Below, piece by piece: positions 41,956 through 55,702 of a stretch of 64,000 nucleotides of DNA. The DNA is from Eledone cirrhosa (Eukaryota). The stretch is from NCBI GenBank assembly GCA_964016885.1, contig OZ024747.1, forward strand, positions 53,754,001 to 53,818,000, written 5' to 3'. The stretch's first letter is position 1; each line of letters opens with the position of its first letter. The position numbers were made by a program, and so were the translations under genes. The notes below the pieces were generated by a model. It did no database searches. It saw only the letters and a list, made by a program, of their open reading frames with translations, and was not told the DNA's origin.

Positions 41956-43110
41956 CACTGCCTTTCAAATTATTAACGACATAAAACCTTTTTATTTTAT
42001 TTTAAAACGATTTGTTGGAATTCATCACAATTTCTACAGAATGATGGAAGTAGTTATATGTATGCAGTGTGTAAAAATTGTGAGGCATTGCACAAGTGTA
42101 CACAAACGGCGGCCATTTGCATGATTTCCACGAACTTTCAGTGTTCCAAATTATTAACGAGTGGTCTGATAATCATGTAATTATGGGTTGTAAATGTGAC
42201 TTAGCTGCTTCAGAGAAATCTGTTATTGCTTTTGAACTTGCAAAAGGTAAATCAACATTAGAAATATCTAAAATAATTGGGAGATATGACCAAACTGTGA
42301 AAAAAATTGTTACAACTCCTACGAAGATGCCTAAGAGAACTGACAAGGGTTAGTCGAGGGCTGTTTCTCAACATTCTCTATCACAAATTAAGCATGAAGC
42401 TGTAATGAACCCATGTCTTACAAGTGGAGAACTTTTCAAGTGCATTGGCGAAACAACTATGTCCAGAACTACTCGATGTCATCTTCTGAAAAAGGTCGGT
42501 AAGCCATTGTCATCAGTTGAAGAGCCTCCTTTAAACAAAATATGCACAAAATTGTCTGAAATGGGCAGAAGATGACATGATGGTCGATTTCTAAAAAGTT
42601 TTCTTTATGGAGGAAACTCGTCCTTGATGGACCTGAGGGTTATAGCAACGGATGGGTTGTAAATGAACGAGATCGTCATCCATGCTTCTGTTGGTTGGTC
42701 TTTGGAAAGTGTCTGACAGTGTTAAAATGCCTGCAGATGCTTACATAGCCTTTCTGAGGGAGCACATTGAACCTTGGTTAAAAAAGCAAAGGATCACCTT
42801 CAAGACAACCATAATATTCATGCAAGATAATGTGTCCTCACACTCAGTGAAGAAAACTACAGAGTATCTGCAACAATTATGCTTCTGTGGACTTTGGAAG
42901 ATGAAGTGGCATTGCTTGTTCTCCTGATTTAAATACAATAGAAAATTTGTAGAGTATTCTAGAGCAATGAGTTTACAAGAATGGATGCTAATTGAGGAGG
43001 AAGGATAAACTGTGGCAGGCAACAGTGGATGTATCTCATGGTATAACATCAGAGGAGATACAGAAATTAAGATGTTCCATGGACCAATGCCCTTTCCAAC
43101 TTATTTCAAA
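41956..43110 (+). mobile_element. Tc1/mariner DNA transposon (IR/DR type), right end lost
   Basis: TA|CACTGCC start; exact 14-bp direct repeat CAAATTATTAACGA at 41966 and 42147. Confidence 0.8.
42183..43110 (+). pseudogene. Tc1-like transposase pseudogene
   Basis: N-terminal HTH MGCKCDL...GKSTLEISKIIGR..QTVKK and DDE region IFMQDNVSSHSVK...W..SPDLN.IENL, with stops and frameshifts. Confidence 0.88.
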
Positions 43111-43111
43111 G

Positions 43112-43428
43112 GCTCATCTATCCACCCCTACTAACCAGCTCATATATTCCTTACTAACCAGTTCATATCCCCCCTACTAACCAGCTCATATATCCCCTAC
43201 TAACCAACTCATAAATCCCCTACTAACCAGCTTATATATCCCCTACTAACCAACTCATATATCCCCCTACTAACCAGCTCATATATCCCCCTACTAACCA
43301 ACTCATAAATCCCCTACTAACCAGCTCATATATCCCCTACTAACCAGCTCATCTATCCCCTCCCCTACTAACCAGCTCATATATCCCCTACTAACCAGCT
43401 CATCTACCCCCTACTAACCAACTCATCA
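43112..43428. repeat. ~23-bp minisatellite CCCCTACTAACCAGCTCATATAT
   Basis: About 13 units. Confidence 0.93.
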
Positions 43429-43545
43429 ATCAGTTTTAAACTGTTTATTTGTTTATTTCTATTTCTTCCATGTTTATTACTCTATGTATTCACTTCAGTA
43501 CATCAAACAATCACATTTGTATTTTCTTGTTTACATGAGTTTTAA

Positions 43546-43740
43546 TCTAAGTCTAAAGTCTGTCTTAAGCCTCAAGGCTCGTTTGGCCGGTGCTTATCCC
43601 GGTTTCATGGCATGAAGCGACTGAGAGTACAAGACTCCTCCCCTGGACAGGACGCTAATCCATCGCAGGGTTAAACCCCCAGCTATTGCTGGTACTTATC
43701 CCGGTTTCATGGCGTGAAGTGACTGAGAGTACAAGACACC
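43546..43740 (-). mobile_element. SINE family C 3' half with an internal duplication
   Basis: CTTATCCCGGTTTCATGGC..GACTGAGAGTACAAGAC occurs twice. Confidence 0.8.
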
Positions 43741-43744
43741 TCAC

Positions 43745-44530
43745 AACCGCACAACCGACAACACCCCCCTCACAACTGTAATCATCAACACCACCACACC
43801 ACCAACACACCCCTACAACTGCCATCATCAAGACCACCACACCACCAACATACCACTACAACTGACATCATCAACACCACCACACCACCAACAACCCCCA
43901 CACCCACAACTGCCATCATCAACACCACCAACATACCACTACAACTGACATCATCAACACCACCACACCACCAACAACCCCCACACCCACAACTGCCATC
44001 ATCAAGACCACCACACCACCAACATACCACTACAACTGACATCATCAACACCACCACACCACCAACAACCCCCACACCCACAACTGCCATCATCAACACC
44101 ACCACACCACCAACATACCACTACAACTGACATCATCAACACCACCGCACAACCAACAACACCCCCCTCACAACTGTCATCATCAACACCACCACACCCC
44201 CAACACACCCCTACAACTGCCATCATCAAGACCACCACACCACCAACATACCACTACAACTGACATCATCAACACCACCACACCACCAACACACCCCTAC
44301 AACTGCCATCATCAAGACCACCACACCACCAACATACCACTACAACTGACATCATCAACACCACCAACACACCCCTAAACTGCCATCATCAATACCAGCA
44401 CGCCACCAACTTACCACTACAACTGACATCATCAACACCACCACACAACCAACATACCACTACAACAGACATCATCAACACCACCACGCCCCCACACCCA
44501 CAGCTGCCATCATCAACACCACCACCATCA
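43745..44530. repeat. 43/48-bp CA-rich minisatellite with alternating variants
   Basis: ACAACTG(C/A)CATCATCAA(G/C)ACCACCACACCACCAAC... units. Confidence 0.92.
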
Positions 44531-44756
44531 GAGAGATACATAATCAAAAGCCCAGGACATACAAATATATACAACATACAACAAATAGCATTACTAGCCA
44601 CTACACACAAGTATGTGAGTATTCTCAATAGAATAGAAGCAACGAAGTAACATAAAAAACAACAATACTGCACATAGCCAAGCCACAGAGCTGTGCTCAG
44701 TAATACAATGACAACACAATGAGAATAAGACTGATGATGATGATGATGATGATAAT

Positions 44757-45912
44757 AATTGTTTCTACTTTTGGCACAAGGCCAGCAATTATTACAGTGT
44801 ATTACTGGTACTTTATTTTATCGACCCCGTAAGGATGAAAGGCAAAGTTAACCTCGGCGGGATTTGAACTCAAATCATACAGGGAGGTAACTCTATGCTT
44901 CAAAGCATGGCATCCGACCCTCTACCGATACTGCCAATCCACTGCCTTAATAATAATTGTTTCTACTTTTAGCACAGGGCCAGCAATTACCCAGTGTATT
45001 ACTGGTACTTCATTTTATCGACCCCGTTAATAAAGGCACAAAGCCAGTAATTTGGGAGGAGGGGAAAGTCGATTAAATCAACCCCAGTACATTACTGGTG
45101 CTTTATTTTATCAACCTCAAAAGAATGAAAGGTAAAATTAACTTCGGCAGGATTTGAACTCAGACCGTAAAGGGCCGTAACTCTATGCTGCAAAGCATAT
45201 TGTCCAATGCTCTGCCGATACTGCCAATCCATAATAATGACAATAATTGTTTTTACTTCAGACACAAGGCCAACAATTTGAAGGGGAGGAGGAAGGCGGA
45301 TAAATTGTCCCCAGTGCATTACTGGTGCATTGGTTGATTGGCAGTATCGGTAGAGTGTCGGACGCCATGCTTTCCAGCATAGTTACGTCCCTTTACGATC
45401 TGAGTTCAAATCCTGCCGAGGTTGACTTTGCCTTTCATCCTTACGGGGTCGATAAAATAAAGTACCATTAATGTACTGTGTAATTGCTGGCCTTGTGCCT
45501 AAAGTAGAAGCAATTATTTCATCAACCCCCGTAAGGATGAAAGGCAAAGCAGGATTTGAAATTGGAAGGTAAAGGACCAATGGTTTCTATATTAGCCACA
45601 CAGAGCTGACATTAAGCAGAGAATAAAGATAGCATAGGGTGATACAGTGTGGGCTCTTGGTGTAAAAGATGTTTATAGTAAAAACTAAAAAAAATAAACT
45701 TTAAAGCTTTAGCATTCACATTATTCTGTGGATTAACAGTATCGGTAGAGAGTCGGACGCCATGCTTTCCAGCATAGTTACGTCCCTTTACGATCTGAGT
45801 TCAAATCCTGCCGAGGTTGACTTTGCCTTTCATCCTTATGGGGTCAATAAAATAAAAGCACCAGTAATGCACTGGGTAATTGCTGGCCTTGTGCCTAAAA
45901 TAGAAACAATTA
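44757..45912. mobile_element. SINE family A cluster (minus-strand copies then plus-strand copies)
   Basis: Minus ~44757-45330; plus 45331-45516 and 45728-45912. Confidence 0.88.
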
Positions 45913-46252
45913 TTCTATATATTCTATTGTATTTTATCACATAATATCGAATCTATGAGATTTTGAAAGTATTTATTTTGAGAATAATACCTTAACATCA
46001 GTTTGAGTGACCAGTTACAGCCAGTTTCAACAGAAAAAGATAGAGAATTCTGGCTGGTTTTGGCCGGTTTGAACATTAAAGGGTTAAAAATTCACACATA
46101 ACAAATTCCCCAAAAGTGGGGAGACCTCTAAGCATCACTCCTGGAGAAAGCCTATAAAAGTGACGGTCACCCTGACAGCTAGGACAAGTACCTTCTCCCA
46201 TTAGTTCTCCAATCTACAGGTGTATACTCAGAGCAATCACATTCATTTAGAC

Positions 46253-46416
46253 CAGTGGTTCTCAACCTTTTTTTACTCATGGACCCCTTTTCCTTGATTT
46301 TTGGGGGGTTGGATCCCCTCATAGCTATTCGACAAAAGAATATTTTTTGCCTGTGGACCCCCAGGAATATTACATCGACCCCCGGGGTCCATGTGGACCC
46401 CAGTTGAGAACCACTG
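46253..46416. mobile_element. hAT (Charlie-like) MITE
   Basis: Perfect 14-bp TIRs CAGTGGTTCTCAAC/GTTGAGAACCACTG; internal GGACCCC subterminal repeats; left flank ATTTAGAC fits a Charlie-type target. Confidence 0.85.
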
Positions 46417-46766
46417 AGTGGCAAGCATGGTCTAAATTTTAGACCATGCTTGCCTCTCTCACCTTTCAACAAACTGTTTGGAAGGCAGCAGTTCCATCTC
46501 AACCATGAATTTTCTCTTCAGGTAAAAGTTAATCAGGGCTTTGCTGATGAGGAAAGTGCTTGTCTTCAACCCTTTCAGATGTGTCCCCCACACAACTTAT
46601 TTTACCTTAGCCACCAGGCATATAAAAATTGCCTGTCCTTCCCCTCTAAAGAAAGATGGAGGGGTGTCTTCACAATGGACTCAGTTGAATAATAATGTTT
46701 TCTTTATTAACCACAAGGGTTTACATAAAGTAGACATTAAGGACAGTTGAATAATAATAATAATAA

Positions 46767-47530
46767 TGGTTTCTGATTTAGGCACAAAGCCAGCAATTTG
46801 GTGAGAGGGGAAAGTTGATTAAATCGACCCCAGTGCATTACTGGTACTTTATTTTATCGACCCCATAAGGATGAAAGGCACAGCTAACCTCGGCCATAGC
46901 TATGCTGCAAAGCATGGGGTCCAACCCTCTACCGATACTGCCAATCCATACTGCAATAGTAATAATAATGATTTCTACTATAGGCACGAGGCCAGCAATT
47001 TTGGGGGAGGGGAAAGTCAATTTAATTGACCCCAGTGTATTACTGGTACTTTATTTTATCGTCCTTGTAAGGATGAAAGGACAAAGTTAACCTTGGCAGG
47101 ATTTGAACACAGAACATAAAGGGCCGTAACTATATGCCACAAAGCATATTGACCCTAAAATAATGGTTTCTGATTTTGGCAAAAGGCCAACAATTTTAGG
47201 GGGAGGAGAAAGTCGGTTAAATCGAGTCCAATGCATTACTGGTGCTTTATTTATTGGCCCCGTAAGGATGAAAGGCAAAGCTGACCTTGGCAGGATTTGA
47301 ACTCAGAACATAAAGGGCCGTAACTATATGCCGCAAAGCATATTGACCCTAAAATAACGAAAAGCAAAGTTGACTTCAGTGGGATTTGAACATAGAATGC
47401 AAGGAACCTAAACAAATACCAAGCAATAAAACTAATGCTCCAACAATCGACTCTAGTGCATTACTGGTACTTTATTTTATCGACCCCGTAAGCAGGATTT
47501 GAACTCAGAACATAAAGGGGCGTAACTTTT
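46767..47530 (-). mobile_element. SINE family A multimer
   Basis: Near-duplicate of the 25650-26065 cassette. Confidence 0.88.
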
Positions 47531-48509
47531 TACTTCCTAACAAATAATAAAAATTACAAAAATCTTCATTGAGTCTCATAACTGAATTAGGAAAGATTAG
47601 GGAGTGTTTGATGTTGATGATAATGATGATGACTATGATAAGGAGTATAATTAAGTTGATCACAAGGATGTTGATGATGACAATCAGAATGATTATGATG
47701 GTGATGACACTGAATATGATAATGATGATGATTATGATGACAATGGTGATGATGTCAGACATGATGATGATGTTGGTGGTGTAGACTACAATAGAAGTAC
47801 AAACATAATTAAAGATGCCCTACTATGACAATTAGATTGGCTTCTGCCACACACCATTTGTCAATATGATGTCACCTTAACCTATCACCACTCCCATCAT
47901 TTATTCTATTTCCTTCCTCTCTCTCTCCCTCTGCCGTCCCTCTCTCCCACTTTCTCTTCTCTCTCTCGCCTTCTTCTGACACTCTCTCTCTCTCTCTCTC
48001 TTCTGACTGACTCTCTCTCACTCTTCTGTCTTCCCTTCGCCCTCTTCTGTCTTTCTCTCTCCCTCTTCTGACTCTCTCTCTCTCTCTCTCTCCCTCATCT
48101 GTCTCTGCCTCTCTCTCCTTCTATCTTCCTCTCTCTCACTTTGTACCAGATCAAACCCTTGATTTACACATTCTTCTGTTTATTCTCATACGCCCACCAC
48201 ACACAAATCTCACTCCTTCCTCTACAGAATGTTTTCTCTCTTACTGTCTATAACTGATAACTAATTTAAATCAAATATAAACAACTCCCAATTATCCCTC
48301 TTTCTCCACCTTTTTATAAGGGTCTTGTCCCTTCCTAGTCAACAAACTAATAAATAACAATACCCAAATTGATTCTCAGCATAATGCTCAGATTCTCCAT
48401 GCAGTGTTTTTCTACATTCAATATTCACACATAAACTTCTAGCTCAGTTTTCACATTTAACATTTCTTTACACTTGTATTATTATATTTCTAATGAAAAC
48501 ACAGTAGGC

Positions 48510-49010
48510 GTAAAAGCTAAACTTGCTATCTTCAATTCGGTTTTAGTGCCAGCCCTTACTTACATATGGTCATGAATCTTGGGTAACTGAAAGAATACCA
48601 TTGCTAATACAAGCGGCCGAGCCGAAATGGGACTCCTCCGAAGGGTCTTTGGAGTAACTTTAATCGATGGAATAGGTAGCTTGGAGATCAGACAGTCACT
48701 CCAGGTAGAGCAGCTACTTCTCTGGATTGAGGGGTCACAGATCTGATACTATAGTCATGTGGTTAGAATGTCTCAGGAAAGAATTGCTGGACAGATTTTA
48801 CAGGCAAAACCAACTGACAAGAGACCCAAGAGTAGACCCCCAAGCAAGATGGTTGGATAACATCTATGAGCTTGACTGGTCATGCTTGGGAAACCAGCTG
48901 GATCAGGTGGAGATCATTGTTTCTGACAGGACCCACTGAAAGGAGTGTTTGAGAACGATGTCCACATAACCCACTCAGGAATATGTAGGCGAATAAGAAG
49001 AGAAGAAAGA
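48510..49010 (+). mobile_element. RTE (Rex3/Expander-like) LINE 3' fragment
   Basis: KAKLAIFNSVLVPAL.YGHESWV.ERI...IQAA..EMG.LRRV motif, frameshifted; (GAA)n-like tail. Confidence 0.85.
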
Positions 49011-50685
49011 CAGATACAATCTTTGATTTCAAATAATTTTGAAAATAATCTAGAATTTAGAAGGATTTAGTTATATAACTAAATTTCTCATTATTAAGCT
49101 GGAGTTTGGAACATAACTTCGCAAAGTTTCTTACATAGACTTTTGATGGAAGGTATTTAGATAATCATTTTGTTACCATATTTCAAACAAAAGACACTGC
49201 CTATGTTTTTCAAATAATTTTGAAAACACGAAAAAGGCATTCACAGGGGTTTATTAATATAACTAACTTTCTCATTACTAAGATAGTGTTTGCAGCACAA
49301 CTTAACAAATATTTTTGCATAAAATTATGATGAAAGGTTTTTAGCTAAATATAAAGACTTCAAAATAAACCAACTTAATATAGTAGAACCAGGTGTGGTA
49401 TCATTCAGTCTAATATCAAAAGGGTTAACTGGTAAAAATAAATATTTGAATTAAAACCACTTGATCAATAAAGTGATATATATCACAAACTGGAATATCC
49501 CCTCAGTGTTTGTGCTATGACAATGTATCTTTGAAAAGTTGTTGATGATTGAATGGTAACAACATAGAGGGAACACAATACAAAACACCAAGTACATGTT
49601 AAAGAGACTGGTGGTCAAATTAAGACAAAACAGGGTCATATCAAGGACTTGATAACTTCTCTAAGGCTGGTGCCATGGCAAATTGCACCCAATACACTAT
49701 GTAAAGTGGTTAGGATTAAGAAAAGCTTCTAGCTCTAGAAAGCATGCCAAATACCTTAAATACAATTCTAACATTCAAATTTCAGAAATACAAATTTAAT
49801 ACTCAAATTTGAGAAATACAAATTTAAGACTTAAATATTTCACCAATTCAAATTCAACACTGGAATCTCGCAAATACAATTTCAATGCTGAAATCTCTCA
49901 AATACAATTTTGACCAAAAATCTCAAAAGCAGACACATGATGTCCAGACCTCATACTAAAAACACCCATTAAAATATTCACCACAAAATTCAAACCAAAT
50001 TATTACACACTCATACACACAAACCCTCGTATAAACTTCTCAATTAAAACATCACATTTTGATTTCATACTCAAACTTCACCCTCAGATACAATACACAA
50101 CTCTAACTTTAACTCCTACACCAAACTATAACAGTCTAACCTTTTCCACTATAGTTCCAAAATCACAAAATCTAGTTTTAATATTATCTAAAAATGTCGC
50201 TCTCATAATTTAATCACTATTTTTTCAGTTCATTTAATTTTCTTCGTTATAAATTTAATTTAATCAAATATTTTTTCATTTTTTATTTTTCATTTTTAAT
50301 TCGGCATCCCATTTTTTTTATGGTATTTCTAATCAAATTTAATATAATTTAATTTAATATCCTTTTTATTTTATTTTGTCCTTAAATTTTATCAGTGTTT
50401 TCCTTTTTTTCTTCTTATTTTTTTTCCTTGATTTTATTTTACGACTCAATCAATTCATTAGGATACTCTTGCAAATTGTATGCTTTGCTGGCTGAAGCTT
50501 GAAATTAGTATTTTTATTACGATTGTTATTATTATTAGTATTATTATTATTTTCTTGGTGCAGACAGTGTTATTATTATGGTGTATGGGTGTATGTATGT
50601 GTATCTTAAATGCGAGTGTATGTATATACATATGTATAGTATATATATATATATATATATACTATATATATATATATATATATAC

Positions 50686-50719
<34 letters not shown>

Positions 50720-50728
50720 AACATACAC

Positions 50729-50759
<31 letters not shown>

Positions 50760-50779
50760 CTCAAACATACACATATATG

Positions 50780-50816
<37 letters not shown>

Positions 50817-50943
50817 TAACATGTCTAGATGTATATCTATCTATATGCAGATACATAGATGTATACACAACACATACACACACATGTGTGTGTGAGTGTG
50901 CATCCATATATCTGCATATAGATAGATATACATCTAGACATGC

Positions 50944-50987
<44 letters not shown>

Positions 50988-51379
50988 GTATATATATATA
51001 TATGTCTATGTCTATGTGTGTGTCTATGTGTGTGTGACTATGTAGTCTCTTCCCCATTCATTACATTCAAAATATTTTTTTTCTTCATTACATTTTTATT
51101 TTTCTAGTTTATTTCATTATTGTGAAATCTAAAATATATTTTTTGTTGGATATTTGGAGGGGGGGGGGTAGCTTATTTTTAGTTTTATTATTATTACTTT
51201 ATTTATATTTTTATTGTTTTATACAATCTTTATTTTTATTATTATTACTTTTTTTTGTTCTATTTTTGTTATTCTTTTGTTGTGTTTATCTAGTCTGACC
51301 ATTTTCAGTGCTGATCTTTAAGTAAGTGATAACAAGCGTCAAAGATTGCCAGATAAAAGAAAAAAATTTGCTTTACACT

Positions 51380-51950
51380 TCCCCTTCCTCCTACCTGAAA
51401 CCCTCCCTCCTACCTCTTTCTCTCCCTCCTACCTCATCCTCTCATTCCTACCTCTTTCTCTCATTCCTACCTCTTTCTCTCATTCCTACCTCTTTCTCTC
51501 CGTCCTACCTCATGCCCTCCTTCTTACCTCTTTCTCTCCAGCCTACCTCATCCCCTCGTTCTTACCTCTTTCCCTTCCTCCCACCTCATCCCCCTCCTTC
51601 TTACCTCATCCTACGGCTCCAGCCTACCTCTTCCCCTCTATCCTACCTCTTGGCCTCCCTCCTACCTCATCCCCTCCTTCTTACCTCTTCCTACGGCTCC
51701 AGCCTACCCCTCCCCTTTATCCTACCTCTTGCCCTCCCTCCTACCTCATCCCCTCCTTCTTACCTCTTCCTACGCCTCCATCCAACCTCTTCCCCTCTAT
51801 TCTACCTCTTGCCCTCCCTCCTACCTCATCTCCTCCTTCCTAACTCTTCCCCATAAAAAAGTTACATCTTTTAACATCCACAAGCTAATTAAATTTATTT
51901 TTCACTCTCTTACTCCTTTAACTTTCTCCCACACTCTCTCTCTCCCTCTC

Positions 51951-51985
<35 letters not shown>

Positions 51986-52070
51986 CTGCCTCTCTCTTCC
52001 ACTCTCTCTCACTCTCTCTTTCTTCCACCCTCTCTCTCATTCACTCTCTCTCTCTCTTCCCCCTCTCTCT
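51380..52070. repeat. Polypyrimidine minisatellite (CCTACCTC..) plus (CT)n
   Basis: Repeated CCTACCTC(A/T)TCCC units, almost purine-free. Confidence 0.85.
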
Positions 52071-52759
52071 GCTCCCGCTTCTGTTATTTTATCTCTCAAG
52101 ATTTCTCTTTTGTCTTTTGTCTTTTATTGTATTATTGCTGTTATCATCATCATCATCATCATCATCATTATAGTTGTTGTTACATTGTATACATCTGATT
52201 ATGTTATTGCTATTATTGCCATTAACACATTATTATTATTATTATTATTATTATTGTTATATAAAAATGAAATAATTAAAGCATTATTATTTTTTATATT
52301 TATTATAGATTTTTGCCTCTTACAATATTAAAGATTTTCATCAATAATATTATTGTTATTATTATTACTATCCTCATCCTCCTCATCATTATTATCATCA
52401 TCATCATCAACATTATCATTATTATTCTTATTAATATTTTAAAATATCTGTTTTATATATTACATTTTTTTTGTTTTGTTTGTACTTGTTTATGCTTTGT
52501 TTTTATTTCAATTTGGCTATTTAAATTGTCAGTCTTTTGATGTATTCTCTTATTTTTTAGGTTTAATATAGTTGTAGTTGTTGTTGGTGATGGTGTTGGT
52601 GATGGTGTTGGTGATGGTGTTGGTGATGGTGGTGCATCTTCTGTTGTGGTATTGAAGGGGGAAGAGGGGACAACTTTCATTGAAAATAGATGGTTGGCTT
52701 TGAATAATTTAGGGGAAACGAACAATAGACAAGGAATACAACAAACCACAATACCACAA

Positions 52760-52778
52760 CCATCACTTTCATCACCAT

Positions 52779-52814
<36 letters not shown>

Positions 52815-52872
52815 CCCTACTACCACTATCACCACCACCACTACTACTACTACTACCACCACTATCACCACC

Positions 52873-52913
<41 letters not shown>

Positions 52914-52995
52914 CACTATCACCACCACCACCACCACCATCACTACTACTACTACTACTACCACTACCACCACCATTACTACTACTACTACTATA
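52760..52995. repeat. (ACC/ACT)n trinucleotide array
   Basis: Direct inspection. Confidence 0.9.
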
Positions 52996-54187
52996 ATAAA
53001 ATGTTAGTAAGTCCTAAAACCCAGTTAATCCTTTCATGAATCCCAATCATTCTTATCTCACAATTTTGTATGGAACTTTAAGCAGATAAGTGATAGTATA
53101 CACTTTGGTAACAAATGCTTTGGTAACACACACACACATACACACACACTCTCTCTCTCTCTCTTTGGTAACGAATATCTTGTAACGAATGCATTGGTAA
53201 CAAATGTTTTTCCATTAATTTGGTAACGAATATAATCATGTCAACGAATTATTTCCATACAAAAATAATAAATTAAAAACTAAGATTACGAAAGGACGCG
53301 TGGGCTGGCCCACATCAATTTTGTGTATAGGTGTAATAGTGTATTACTTGGCTAGCTTTTATAGTCACTTAAGTGATGTTTGCCCTATAAGCATTTATTT
53401 TGTGTCGCACGATAATTTGCTGTTAAATAAGTCTTACTCTTCTGTTCAACTAAGACAAAATCGATGTAAGCAAAATTAATTGAAGCAACCATTTCTGTTT
53501 ATTCATTGTTGTATTCATCGTACAAGTAATAAATTATATTTATTACATATATTTTTATTTATAATTTGTGTTTTAATAACTTTTAAAAGTATTCTTTGCA
53601 TGTGGGTGTTTGGTATTGAATTGAGGTTTTGAAACGAATTATATCTGAATACATAAATGGAAAGTGGGTAGCGGGTTGGTTTATCAGGAATCGCGAGTGA
53701 AGGTTGGTCTCCGTTTTAGGATGTTTGCTGTTTTGTGGACTGATTGGAGCAATAACGGTCTTCTTTACGTATATATTTTAATCGATGTGATAATGATTTT
53801 TTTGTGGTAACAAATGAGGTTTGGGAACAAATTAAATTCGTTACTAAAGTAGTATTGTATATTTATTACTGCATGAGAAAACAGCTTACCCGAATTTAAG
53901 GTTTTGGGACGATGTTGAGTAATGTTGCCTAATAAAAACAACAGAAGCAACAACGTTATCAATAGGATAAGAAACATTTACGTGGTGGTGAGACATGCTA
54001 AATATAACAGCCAAATCTTCTCCAAACTGCAGTGTACCGTAATGGATGCTGTATTGGAAAATATGAACATATCTAAATAGATGTATTTTTCTGCATTTTC
54101 AGACACAAACAGAAGCACAGATCGTAATTAGTGAGAGGAAACTTGCTTTTAGAATTATATTAACCACACAAGTTAACCAAGTAACAC

Positions 54188-54500
54188 GCTCCAGGTAGAG
54201 CCGCTACTTCTCTGAATTAAGAGATCACAGCTCCGATACTATGGACATGTGGTTAGAATATCTCAGGAAAGAATCGTTGGACAGATTTTACGGGCAAAAC
54301 CAACCGACAGGAAATCCAGAAGTAGACCCCGATCAAGATGGTTGGATAACATCCATTAGCTTGTCTGGTCTCACTTGGGGATCCAGCCGGATCAGCTGGA
54401 GATGGTTGCTTCTGATAGGACCCGCTGGAATGAATTTTGAGGATTATACCCCCACGACACTCTGAGGTGTAGGTGAGCAAAGAAGAAGAGAGAAGATACA
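54188..54500 (+). mobile_element. RTE (Rex3/Expander-like) LINE 3' end
   Basis: Homologous to 48698-49010. Confidence 0.82.
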
Positions 54501-55658
54501 AATGTATCGTCTTGAGCATCTAAACCTGGCAAAGTCTAAAATGTTCCAGGTCTGACCCCTAGCCGATTACTTCCAGTGCAGCTTTCTCTGCTTGCAGTTA
54601 CCACATGCTATATGTTCCAACGGATTAACGGTTGGAGCGAGGTTTCAGAAGGGGCCTATATTTGACTGCGATGACATAGTCAGGAGTGACGGATGGAGTT
54701 TTGTCTTAATGCTAGACTAGTATTAGATTCATCATGAATGGATAAAACGCAAATTGGAAAGCACTCTCGGGTCCCAAATGATAGGGGGTGGGGTGGCGAT
54801 GGGGCAGGCATTTGCTTAAATTCTTATAAGCGGCGATGGGGATGGAATAATTGTATATTGTACATTCGTAAATATGGGATTTCTTGTAATGTTCGTTTTT
54901 TTTTTTTGTCATATATAATGTTTTTTAATGTAAAATAAAATAATTATTAGATTCTCTAGCTGCTGTATCGATATAAATCACTTACAATAAAATTTCGCCA
55001 GAGATACATTAACAAAATTTACTAAGAAGGTGTGTTGGAATAAAAGCGATGGGCTTGGAAAACCGGAAACATTTATAAACGGGAGGGGACGATTATTGAA
55101 GACCTGAGATTAGGTGTATTTGAACTCAGAGCAGAGGGAAATGGAACAAACACCGCAAGTCTTTCTAACCGACGCTGTAATAACTTTGCCAATTCATGAC
55201 TTTAGTAAAATAGATTTGGGGGTTTGGTTTGGTTTGTTTTAATTGCTGATCCTACCCCCAGCCGTTACTTTAAAACATTGGCCCAGTGCCTCGTCAAAAG
55301 ATATTCCAATTACAATAACCAATAGACCATTATTAAAATAGCAACTCTCAGGTATGCAAATAACACAAACAATACAAACAAAGACGAAAAAAATCAAGTA
55401 AACGAAAAACTAATGAGAAACAAACATAAACATTAAGAGAACTATCCAATTAAAACTATTCATATAAATGACAATAGAATAATCAAAACATTAATATGAA
55501 TGATAGGCAATAAGAGGAGTTATTAAAAGCAAATATATATACACGTTTATATGTATATATGTATATATAAATTTATATATCATACAATAGCATTCAAAAT
55601 GACTGGACAATGATGTGTAATGCACACATACACACATCATGCATACATGTATATATAA

Positions 55659-55702
<44 letters not shown>

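Noticed and set aside
40560-44530. Regular short repeats as a CRISPR-like array
   Set aside because: Units are head-to-tail with no unique spacers, there are no cas genes, and the context is eukaryotic.
28790-46560. Isolated CTGATGA matches (for example 28796, 32895, 46545)
   Set aside because: No downstream GAAA with pairable stems; expected by chance, especially near (GAT)n repeats.
53280-55100. Higher-complexity sequence as candidate host exons
   Set aside because: No convincing ORF with canonical splice sites or a recognisable domain.
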